Shown in pieces: positions 10,801 through 19,000 of a stretch of DNA of 64,000 nt (positions are counted from its first letter, which is position 1; each line of letters begins with the position of its first letter). The translations under genes were made by a program, and so were the position numbers. This DNA comes from Bacillota bacterium (lineage in GTDB: Bacteria; Bacillota; SHA-98; Ch115). The DNA is taken from the NCBI GenBank assembly GCA_013178415.1, contig JABLXA010000003.1, forward strand, positions 815 to 64,814. The letters are read 5' to 3'. Below the pieces are notes generated by a model. The model was not told the DNA's origin and searched no databases. It saw nothing but the letters and a program-made list of their open reading frames with translations.

Positions 10801-11829
10801 GCCAAACAGAGTCAGAGCGTACGCAGGCTGAAATCCGGTGTCAGGATCGCGCTCACCGGAACTCCCATTGAAAACCGCCTCTCCGAGCTATGGTCGATCA
10901 TGGAATTCCTGAACCCCGGTTTCTTTGGGACTCAGAAGAGCTTCCGGGCGCAGTTTGCCATTCCGATAGAACGATACCGGAACCAGCATAAGATGAAGCA
11001 ATTGCAGCGTCTGGTCCAGCCTTTTGTCCTGCGGCGTCTCAAGACCGATAGGCGAATCATTCAGGATTTGCCCGAAAAGCAGGAGATGAAGGTGTTTTGC
11101 ACCCTCACCAGGGAGCAGGCCACACTGTATGAGGCTGTCGTAAGGGATATGATGGAAAAGATCGAGGGCGCGGAGGGCATAGAACGTAGGGGGGCTGTCC
11201 TCGCCACGCTCCTGAAGCTAAAGCAGGTCTGCAACCACCCTGCGCAATTCCTTGGAGATGGCAGCCCGCTTGCGGGACGCTCGGGAAAGCTATCGCGGCT
11301 TACCGAGATGCTGGAGGAAGCGCTTGCTGCTGGAGACCGGGCACTGATTTTCACGCAATTCGCCACGATGGGCGAAATGCTAAAGACTTACCTCGAACGC
11401 GTCCTGCATCGAGAAGTTCTATTTCTGCATGGAGCAGTGCCGCAAAAGGTGAGGGATAAAATGGTGACAAGATTCCAGGAAGATCCCGACGGTCCGCCCA
11501 TATTCATTCTCTCCCTAAAGGCTGGTGGCCTGGGACTGAATCTTACCCGGGCCAATCATGTGTTCCATTTCGACCGGTGGTGGAATCCCGCCGTGGAAAA
11601 TCAGGCTACGGACCGGGCATTTCGGATCGGTCAGACCCGCGATGTGCTGGTGCACAAATTCATATGCGCTGGCACGCTGGAGGAGAGGATCGACGAGATG
11701 ATAGAAGGCAAAAAGTACCTGGCCGAAAATGTGATCGGGACCGGAGAGGAATGGCTGACCGAGATGTCCACCGATGAGCTACGAGAGATCTTTGCTCTAC
11801 GCGGCAGCGCGGTAGTGGAGGAGGATTAG
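7870..11829 (+). CDS. SNF2-family helicase (YwqA-like) with ~830 aa low-complexity N-terminal region; start uncertain
   Basis: LRPYQIRGYSWL...DDMGLGKT (motif I), DEAQNIKN (motif II), helicase-C QTRDVLVHKFI. The N-terminus has acidic/proline repeats (AGQHDPAGQNDPGDRDDPAGQDD). Confidence 0.85.
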   Translation: MILHGTWIPLLGRGGAGGDSNVAALTSHNINYSDIEGCFFVWGERSPAATVDSQGVAGASTNSYVLHGQAEKWDTRAGTDTRGGDKDSSRYQPLRCHPFQASRNDLVDALRHLAGLRLRDLDGAARRARVVMFLPSRGERPEPSNSFILESPQDSMSAGQHDPAGQNDPGDRDDPAGQDDSGEESRAGQATAGGVPSGEVAMGRTAAEKATLAPWEVSGIALPASSALRFLVILSQSDGMSTGPGDGGPSDGWPGDGWDDAAGDLDKSQVSTGQDIRFWSKVAKLALELMARERFSPTVVSAQSTILKHGAGSGDSMAAACHDDAPAPDVSGVRGIPGRSAGKRSKHRRGNIRSNKKDATAAEDETRFRATWLPVLNTAGDVERLQSLQESMPAICRAIPVLESSVPEARSLLMSFLDTCVDEMVREWISTESRKGHEEWRRDHETNARRIGTRETYKDDYFLNRELRRHFLDKPKARKGGTVAGNWLSGLTSDEVLLKGPTREIKEFCRAISDWSQEIRGTGARAAFRTCFRLEPPAEADAEMGETPAKVGGSDSSQPSSRASSRSSPRSSKAPVELDGGLWHLRFLLQAVDDPSLLIPAERVWQEQKRTLEFMNRRFENPQERLLHDLGRASRLFPKIEESLKTACPEACQLTVHEAYSFLRDVVPVLEESGFGVLVPAWWNPNGNGPARLGIRLRLVSKEKRKTSSRKDTVIASQGNLGLDSLINYDWQVALGGQVMSREEFERLAALKVPLVRIRGEWIELRTEDIEAAICFWENRGKAGQMRVREALALALAGDNGSHGLPVVGVDAEGRIADLIQQLKDGEKVSELPQPSDLSGQLRPYQIRGYSWLSSMSRWGLGACLADDMGLGKTIQVIAMLLRAKEEGRAQGPALLICPTSLVGNWRHELARFGPSLRVMIHHGGGRLTGSEFVKEAMANDIVLSTYTLAHRDEKDLSKVEWGAIILDEAQNIKNSAAKQSQSVRRLKSGVRIALTGTPIENRLSELWSIMEFLNPGFFGTQKSFRAQFAIPIERYRNQHKMKQLQRLVQPFVLRRLKTDRRIIQDLPEKQEMKVFCTLTREQATLYEAVVRDMMEKIEGAEGIERRGAVLATLLKLKQVCNHPAQFLGDGSPLAGRSGKLSRLTEMLEEALAAGDRALIFTQFATMGEMLKTYLERVLHREVLFLHGAVPQKVRDKMVTRFQEDPDGPPIFILSLKAGGLGLNLTRANHVFHFDRWWNPAVENQATDRAFRIGQTRDVLVHKFICAGTLEERIDEMIEGKKYLAENVIGTGEEWLTEMSTDELREIFALRGSAVVEED

Positions 11830-11838
11830 GCGCGCACC

Positions 11839-12387
11839 ATGGGCAAGAAGAATGAGTTCGGCGAAAACTGGTGGGCAAAACGATGGCTCTCTGTGCTGGA
11901 ATCCTTTGGGTGGGCAAACCGGCTGCAGAGGGAACGTTCTTACGCCCGCGGCGGGAACGTCCTCGATATCGATATCCAGCCGGGCATGGTCAAGGCTGAG
12001 GTGCAAGGTTCGCGACCGAGACCCTACCGGGTCACAATAAAAATGCAACCATTGTCGGACAAAGAGTGGGACCGCGTGATCTCAGCCATGGCAGGTAAGG
12101 CGATCTTCGCTGCGCGCCTGCTGGCCGGGGAAATGCCGGAGAACATCGAGGAGGCTTTTGCCAGCTCACGGGTAAGCCTTTTCCCCAAATCCTCGAGCGA
12201 CATCACCACGAGCTGCTCATGTCCTGATTGGGCTAACCCCTGCAAGCATGTGGCTGCGGTGTATTATTTGCTGGGCGAGAGATTCGACGGAGACCCATTC
12301 TTGCTCTTCCGCCTTCGCGGCCGGAGCCGCGAGGAGCTCACGGAGGCCCTGCGGCAGAGACGCGCTGCGGAGGTCTCTGAAAAATGA
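11839..12387 (+). CDS. SWIM zinc-finger protein (YwqB-like partner of the SNF2 helicase)
   Basis: CSCPDWANPCKHVAAVYYLL CxC...CxH SWIM signature. Starts 10 nt after the helicase stop. Confidence 0.75.
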   Translation: MGKKNEFGENWWAKRWLSVLESFGWANRLQRERSYARGGNVLDIDIQPGMVKAEVQGSRPRPYRVTIKMQPLSDKEWDRVISAMAGKAIFAARLLAGEMPENIEEAFASSRVSLFPKSSSDITTSCSCPDWANPCKHVAAVYYLLGERFDGDPFLLFRLRGRSREELTEALRQRRAAEVSEK

Positions 12388-12797
12388 AGAGGGAGGGAGT
12401 CGGCAAGGCGGGAGCACAGGCGGACACGCGTACCGCGGCGCAAAGTGGAAGGCAAGCCGGGGTGCAGAGCGAGACGCAGGCCGAGGCACAAGGCGAGGTG
12501 CAGGTCGGGACACAGGCTTTTGGAGTCTGCCCTGCCAAGACTCTTCAGGATTCAGCAGAGAGCTTCTGGACCGGAGACCCCAAGAGGCTCGATGCAATAG
12601 AGATCTCAATGGTCCCTCCCCCCGTGCGCATGGCAATTATCAAGCGCCTTGGGGAACCATGGTTTTGGAATGCAGATCCCGGTTTGAAAGGTAAAGATTT
12701 CATGGGTATCATGGAACGATATTACCGTAAGGTCAGCAGTCAGGCCCTGGCCTTGGCTTTCAAAGATGTTGCCGGTGACGGGAACGGGTCAAGTTGA
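12384..12797 (+). CDS. hypothetical; possibly a C-terminal continuation of the SWIM protein in another frame
   Basis: Overlaps the SWIM stop by 4 nt; low-complexity N-terminus (QAEAQGEVQVGTQA), conserved-looking C-terminus (ISMVPPPVRMAIIKRLGEPWFWNADP). Confidence 0.3.
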   Translation: MKREGVGKAGAQADTRTAAQSGRQAGVQSETQAEAQGEVQVGTQAFGVCPAKTLQDSAESFWTGDPKRLDAIEISMVPPPVRMAIIKRLGEPWFWNADPGLKGKDFMGIMERYYRKVSSQALALAFKDVAGDGNGSS

Positions 12798-12832
12798 GTC
12801 GATAGTCCATGTTGCCCCCATGCCCTCGACTC

Positions 12833-12865
12833 TTGGTTAATATGTCCGCCATATTCATAATATAA
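12833..12865 (+). promoter_or_regulatory. orphan copy of the TA promoter/operator box
   Basis: TTGGTT - 17 bp - CATAAT with core aatatgtccgccatattcataatata. The dyad AATATG-N5-CATATT is perfect. No cognate antitoxin gene follows; the next gene starts 210 nt downstream. Confidence 0.45.
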
Positions 12866-13075
12866 ATGGGTGAGTAGTCTGCAACAAATAGGGCGCCGGC
12901 GCCCCCTCAAATAGGTTGGCACGCGATGGGAAATGATCCCAGGAGGAACGATTGAGCCGGGGAACGAATGAGGCGGGACCAACGACGCACATCACGGGTA
13001 AGGCGAAAAGACTGAACCGCATGCCTATTGAATATCTCTATTGATTATGCTATCCTGTTTGTCAGGGGTGATTTT

Positions 13076-13294
13076 ATGCAACTCAATATCTACATTCCTA
13101 AAGAGAAAAGCAGCGTATTAGCTGCCCTGGACCGGATCGCGGAAACGACCAAACGTCCCAAGAACGAAATAGTCCTTGAAGCGCTTGAACGTTATTTGCC
13201 TGCCGTAGCTCCAACCATGCTCGGAGAATACAGTCTGGGAAAGATAAGCAAAGTCAGCCGCGCAGATCTCTATGAGGGAAGGTTAAAGCCTTGA
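13076..13294 (+). CDS. vapB: ribbon-helix-helix (CopG-like) antitoxin
   Basis: MQLNIYIPKEKSSVLAALDRIAETTKRPKNEIVLEALERYL, an RHH beta-strand/helix pattern. RBS aggggtg lies before ATG 13076 (the track ORF starts at TTG 13028). Overlaps the PIN gene by 4 nt. Confidence 0.65.
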   Translation: MQLNIYIPKEKSSVLAALDRIAETTKRPKNEIVLEALERYLPAVAPTMLGEYSLGKISKVSRADLYEGRLKP

Positions 13295-13749
13295 TTCTCG
13301 TGGACACAAATGTCCTGGTCCATGCCATCAACACCGATGCTCCGCAGCATGAAATGAGCAGGGCTCTAGTAAAGGCCGTCCAAACAAGGCGGCTCGATGG
13401 CGCATTATTGCCTCAGATTCTCCTGGAGTTTTTCGCCATAATCACAGATGGACGCCGCGTTGCAAGGCCTCTTGGAGCGAAGGAAGCATGGGAGCAGGTG
13501 AAGCTCTTGAAGGTCATCTTCCCGGTGCTGGATGCAGGACTCAAGTCCCTGGAGTACCTCAAAGATGCAGTAACAGAAGGAAAGGTAAAGGGCAGTGACA
13601 TTTTCAATGCCTATCTGGTTGCCCAGATGAGAGCTTGTGGCATCTCCGTCATCTGCACCTATAATACCAGAGATTTCCAAAAGTACAGCGGTATCATTGT
13701 ACAAACACCAGAAGAGCTCATCCCCAGCCGTCAGGATTCGGGACATTAG
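13291..13749 (+). CDS. vapC: PIN-domain toxin VapC (second copy)
   Basis: MILVDTNVLVHAIN is the PIN N-terminal D motif; 152 aa. Confidence 0.75.
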   Translation: MILVDTNVLVHAINTDAPQHEMSRALVKAVQTRRLDGALLPQILLEFFAIITDGRRVARPLGAKEAWEQVKLLKVIFPVLDAGLKSLEYLKDAVTEGKVKGSDIFNAYLVAQMRACGISVICTYNTRDFQKYSGIIVQTPEELIPSRQDSGH

Positions 13750-13853
13750 GTGCGTTTAGGCTTATAGTGTCATAGCAGAGACGATCCATGGGCTCTTAAT
13801 TATGTATAATGAAAACAATGCTAAAATGACCGGATTTTCAGGGGGTATCAAAA

Positions 13854-14144
13854 GTGCCTGGAAGAGAAGAAATTGAAGCAAGGTCAAAGAAGTATAAACC
13901 CTTTTTGGCCGGGCGATTTAAAGTAAAAGAGATCGGCCTTTTCGGCTCCTGTATCCGGGGGGAGCAAACCGAAGGCAGTGACGTGGATATTCTTGTGGAA
14001 TTCAGCGCGCCCATCGGGTGGGAATTTATTGACCTCAAGGATTTTTTGGAATCACTCTTGGGGCTTAAAGTAGACTTAGTAACCGGAGGGGCCCTTAAAC
14101 CCCAAATGAAGGATCGCATCCTGCAGGAGGTCGTCTACCAATGA
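13854..14144 (+). CDS. minimal nucleotidyltransferase (MNT, type VII antitoxin)
   Basis: GLFGSCIRGEQTEGSDVDILVEF, the GS...DxD nucleotidyltransferase motif. Confidence 0.8.
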   Translation: MPGREEIEARSKKYKPFLAGRFKVKEIGLFGSCIRGEQTEGSDVDILVEFSAPIGWEFIDLKDFLESLLGLKVDLVTGGALKPQMKDRILQEVVYQ

Positions 14145-14380
14145 AGCAAAAGTCCGCCAAAATCTTTGTCGAAGATATCCCTGGCGCTATAAGCAAGATC
14201 GAACACTATACTCAGGGTATGGTTTATGATGCATTCTTCGAAGACGAGCGGACCGTAGACGCCGTAATCCGGAATCTCGAAATTATTGGTGAAGCCGCGC
14301 GAAACATCCCGAAGGATCTTCCCCGGACAAAACCAAAAAAAGAATCAATGCGTAGTCATCTTAAGATTGAAGATGCCTAA
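14141..14380 (+). CDS. HepT/DUF86 HEPN-like toxin, apparently C-terminally truncated
   Basis: AVIRNLEIIGEAARNIPKDL matches the DUF86 core, but the ORF ends 20 aa later without the R-x4-HxY motif. A poly-A run (aaaaaaa) just before the divergence suggests a frameshift. Confidence 0.5.
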   Translation: MKQKSAKIFVEDIPGAISKIEHYTQGMVYDAFFEDERTVDAVIRNLEIIGEAARNIPKDLPRTKPKKESMRSHLKIEDA

Positions 14381-14404
14381 TCTGAAGCCGACAGCGATCT
14401 GCTC

Positions 14405-15145
14405 TTAGCCCGGCTCCGCCTTCACCTGTCTCTCCGCCTTCTTCCTATACATAACACACAACTGGTCAAGGGTTTTTGCATATGGCCCGCCGAGGTCGAC
14501 GTCGTTGAGCCGCAGGTGTGCCGGAAGGTGTCGCCTGATTCCCTCCAAGCTCAGGTCGCCGCGGGTCACGGTCACAAGCGTGATCCCATTGTTGTGGCTT
14601 AGGGCGAGTTTCATCAGATCATGTGACTGTGCCTGCTTGACGCCGGTTTCGCTCCTGTAGACCACAGTTATGGTGTAATGCTGGTCTCCATTGTATTCAA
14701 AGGCGACAGCCTCGTCTGGCAGGTAGAGGTCATATTCCAGGGGTTTACTGGTCAGCGGGTTGGCTAAAAAGCCCGGACGGGCGTTTTCCACCCAAACATC
14801 GCAGCATACCCAGAATAGCACGATACACTTCATCAGGAATTCGCCCTTATATCGGGCCATAGCAAACCTGGAGTTTAGGTCGGCGGCCATCTTTTCCTGA
14901 TAGTCCGCAGGGATCAGGGCTACCGGTCGCAGACTCTTGCCTTGCTTAACCAGTTTGAGCCACCCTGCAGATGCAAGCCCCTCACAGGCCCGCATGGCCC
15001 TGTAGCGGCCAAGCGAGGACTTTGCGATGAGTTCCTTCATGCTGGTTGGTTTCAGGTGTTGGATGAGAATATAGAGCGCCCGCTCCTCAAAGCCGAGGTC
15101 CGCCGCACTACACAGTCCATCCAGAACACACTTGGGTATCCACAA
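14405..15145 (-). CDS. hypothetical: N-terminal winged-helix domain plus C-terminal Vsr/DUF559-like restriction-endonuclease fold
   Basis: MarR-like wHTH (LIQHLKPTSMKELIAKSSLGRYRAMRACEGLASAGWL); YDLYLPDEAVAFEYNGDQHY resembles the DUF559 PD-(D/E)xK core. Confidence 0.45.
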   Translation of the reverse strand: MWIPKCVLDGLCSAADLGFEERALYILIQHLKPTSMKELIAKSSLGRYRAMRACEGLASAGWLKLVKQGKSLRPVALIPADYQEKMAADLNSRFAMARYKGEFLMKCIVLFWVCCDVWVENARPGFLANPLTSKPLEYDLYLPDEAVAFEYNGDQHYTITVVYRSETGVKQAQSHDLMKLALSHNNGITLVTVTRGDLSLEGIRRHLPAHLRLNDVDLGGPYAKTLDQLCVMYRKKAERQVKAEPG

Positions 15146-15369
15146 TGGTCTAACTCCCCCCTCCCGGGCTTTGACCGCATCTAAGTATCTAACTGGAACT
15201 GGAATCGCATAACCGCAACTACACTACTATTGTATCACATTTTGGGTGTAATTGGAAGCCGTGGGCGAACGTGGAAGCCATGGCCGGACGCGGTAATCAG
15301 AGATCCGGCTAAACAATGGCGCCAACACCTCTAGCTGGAGCCGTAACAGACGTTATTTGGCGGAAATAG

Positions 15370-15713
15370 TGTTAGTGGCCAGCACTATCCGCCGGGAACA
15401 ATGTTAGTAGCCAGCATCGTCCAGCGGAGATAATGTTAGTGGTTAGCATCGTCCGGCGGGGACAATGCTAATGGCTAGCACTGTTCGTCAGGAACAATAT
15501 TACTGGCTAGCACTATCCGGCGGGGACGATGTTAGTGGCTAACACTGTCCGCCGGGAACAATGCTAATGGCTAGCATCGTCTGCCAAGGACAGTGTTAGC
15601 AGCTCGCATCATCTGCCGGGGTAGTGTTAAAGGCTAGCATCGTCCGCAGAAGATAATGCTAATAGCTAGCACTATCTCCCGCCGACAGTGTTAATAGTTA
15701 ATAGTGTATTGCA
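15370..15713. repeat. tandem array of ~11 degenerate 32-bp units, each with a short inverted repeat (array B1)
   Basis: Units like GTTAGTGGCTAGCACTATCCGCCGGGAACAAT; TAGTG...CACTA arms around GCTAGC; no constant-repeat/variable-spacer partition. Confidence 0.8.
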
Positions 15714-15848
15714 CCACACACCATGCTATGAAATATTTTCCCACGACCCCCGTTTCGGGCATAGTTCCCCCTGAGCGCAGCATGCATATGCCCCCAAGGC
15801 TATCGCTATGAACACAGCCTGCTTTGGAGCGGGCTTCTGGGCGCAGGG

Positions 15849-15919
15849 CGTATAGGTCTCTCCTGGCCACAGCGCACAGGTCTCTCCTGCCCACAGCGTA
15901 TAGATCGCCCTGGCCATCG
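15849..15919. repeat. 3 x 24-bp tandem repeat
   Basis: cgtataggtctctcctggccacag / cgcacaggtctctcctgcccacag / cgtatagatcgccctggccatcg. Confidence 0.7.
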
Positions 15920-16071
15920 CACGTGTGAAACCCCATAATACAGCACATATAACTGGCCATGGCTTTGCCATGTATTCCCCGCGTGTGCTCCCATCTTCTC
16001 CAGGCGCTGTGGGGCCTGCTGTCCATAAACGCCTGTAGGCATAAATATTGCTATAAATTGCCCAAGGGGGG

Positions 16072-19000
16072 ATGAAAGTGATACCGGAAATTGAATATAA
16101 GACATGTTATCTCGACGGCAGGTTGGGCCGGGCAAGGGAGATTTTGCGCAAGCTGATCGCTGAGCATCCTGACTGTGGCGCGTTTTATGCCGACCTGGCG
16201 CTTGTATATCTACAACAGGGGGAAATTGCCGAAGCCCGCAATGCAGCGGAAAAAGCTCGGGCGCTCGTGGTCTCCGGGAACGACGCTACACCGCCAGGCG
16301 AGGAGCTTTTGAGCGATACTTCCTTAGGCAATGTATCCTCCGGAGGATCAGTTCCCGCCCGTCCCGACATCCTGGCTGCAATAGGATTCGTCCGGGAAAG
16401 GATCGGAGATCATGAAGGTGCGCTGAATCTTTATGAAGAAGCCAAATCTGCCATTTGCTCTACGGGTAGGCGACGGCTCTGGATCGACCATGCCATAGAA
16501 CGGGTGAGGAAAAGGCTATCGGGCCACGAGGGCCTGGAGGAAGATAAGGAAGGCCAGAACGAGTCTCGACGTCAGCATGTGCAGGCTCAGCTCAGGATTT
16601 CATATTTCCTGGATCCAAACCTCGGCCCTGACGCACTTCGGTTGGTATGCGAACACATGAACCGGCTTATGGCGCGAGGTCACAAGGTCTATGCAATTGC
16701 ACGTGTGGACAAGCTGGATGGGCTCTTGGCAGAGATCATTCGGGTGCCGGCGAGAGAAGAACTCTATGAAAGGACGCCTGATTCTGATATAGTCGTGGCG
16801 ACATCATGGAGGACCGCATTCGATGCGGCGCGGGTCCACGGGGCCGTGCCTTTCTATTTTGTACTGCCTTCACCTGGCTTTGAACCAAATGGGAACCCAG
16901 GGGCCGGAGGCGGGGCGGGAAGCATGACAGGAAGCGCGGCAGAAAGCGCCGACCAGTCATCAAAGAACCTTGAAGCCTCATTCAGGCTTCCCCTAAAGCT
17001 CATTGCCTCCAGCGACCACGTGCGCGACGTTCTAAAGACAAGATATAACCGGAGGGCTGAAGTGGTCCCTTATGGGGTGGACTCTAATGTGGAGCCCGGT
17101 GCCGAAGGTCGGACGGGCGGACCTCTCGCCATGGTTCCGGACCCCGGCATTCAGGAAGCCGATAAGATCCAAACTGTGAAAGACCGTCCCACCAGACTCC
17201 TGGTGGTAGGTTCCGATAAAGACGAGTGGACTGAAAGTATCTATGCCGCACTGAGGCTCGTCATCGAGCGGCGGCAGGATAAAGTGGAAGTCGTCCGGAT
17301 TTCCCCATCCCGGCGGCTGGACTTTTCTTTCCACGTGACAAAATGGGTGGAGAACCCAGACAGCAGCCAGCTCGCCAACGTCTTTTCTGAATGTGATATT
17401 CTCCTTACAGGTTCTCTGGAGGGCATTTCCTCTCAGGCTGCGGTGACAGCCATGGCATATGGTCTTCCTATTATCCTATGTGCAGGCGAGGAAAAGCTCA
17501 CTTCTCACACAGATAGCGTCGAGGGAATCCGCGTTGACGTCCCTCCGTTTAAGGATAACGCACCGGAAGGACATGCCGTACCGGCTCCTTACTTGATGGC
17601 ACCATTGAATGATGCGGAAGCAATAGTCAGAGCTATCGAAACCCTGATCGATGATGAGGAGCTCCGGAGAGAAATCGGGTCAAAAGGTCGAGAGTTCGCA
17701 AAGGTGTATACCTGGGAGCGGGTTATTGACCAGCTTGAAGGGCTCTTCCGCGCTTCGACAACCGACGTCCAACTAGCTTATCCCTCAGCAGCAGCTCTCG
17801 GAGTTTTCCCTGCTGGAGGGGCGGGTGCAAGTGGCGGCCGGCCTCGGCGCCGTCCCACCCTCAGTCTTTGTATGATCGTCAAGAACGAGGAGCGCTTCCT
17901 CGCCCGCTGCCTCGACAGCGTCAAGGACGTCGTAGACGAAATGATCATCGTGGACACAGGCTCCACCGACCGCACCGTCGAGATCGCCAAAAGCTACGGA
18001 GCCAAAGTCTATTTCCATGAGTGGAAAAACGACTTCGCCGAAGCGCGCAACGCGTCGCTGGAGAAGGCGACGGGGGATTGGATATTGGTGATGGATGCGG
18101 ATGAGGTACTTGCCCCCGGCATGTATACCGTAATTCATCGTTTAATTGATACAGGAATACGTGCCATCTATTGCGCAAGGATTTCAAATCGGAAAAGCAT
18201 TGAGGATGACCAGTCCCTCTTCGATCACTTTATGAATAGACTATTCCCTTCAGACCCAGACATCAGATTTGTCGGTTCGGTACATGAGAGAATTATCTCC
18301 CTTTCAAACGAACCCCTGCCCGTCCGTAGCATCCTTGACTTTGTGATCTTCCATATAGGATATCAAAGGGAAATTCTGGCAGGCCGAAGAAAACATGCTC
18401 GTAACTTGGCAATCCTCGAGCAATGTGTCCGCAATAACCCGTCAGACCCATATTACCATTATTCTCTTGGAGGAACATACCATGCCATCGGCAAGGTAAA
18501 CCTAGCTATCGATGAGCTCTCAGAAGCCTATAGGTTGTGTAAGGAACGCCCAGATGACGGAATGTCAAAGGCAATAGCCGTTTCCAGCCTATGCGTTCTT
18601 AGTAGAATCGTCTACTCATTTGGAGGTCGGGATCTAGCAGAGCACTATCTTCGTGAAGCACTTGACATAAGTCCTACTAATACAGATGTACTCTACTCCC
18701 TTGCGGAAATCGCCAGGATGAAGACCGAATGGAATACGGCGAAAGACCTCTATATCAAAGCGATAAACCATGGGAACAGCCAATTTTGGGGTCTAACACA
18801 CGATCCAGCAACTGCCGCGTGGAAGGCCTGGCTCGGTCTAGGAGTGTGCCAAACGGCCTTAGGCGATTTCGAACATGCGCATCAATCATTTGAGAGGGCA
18901 GCCAGCCTCTGCCCCAGTCCCGCTGAATTACTGGGTCCGCTGGTGCATGTGAGGAATCATCTAGCCTCTCTTCATGATGACATACTATCCAGATCATTAA

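Noticed and set aside
15370-15713. CRISPR array interpretation of the tandem arrays (also 29047-29547 and 56965-57463)
   Set aside because: Units are ~32 bp in total with no separable constant repeat and unique spacer. The cores degenerate from unit to unit, and no cas genes or leader are nearby.
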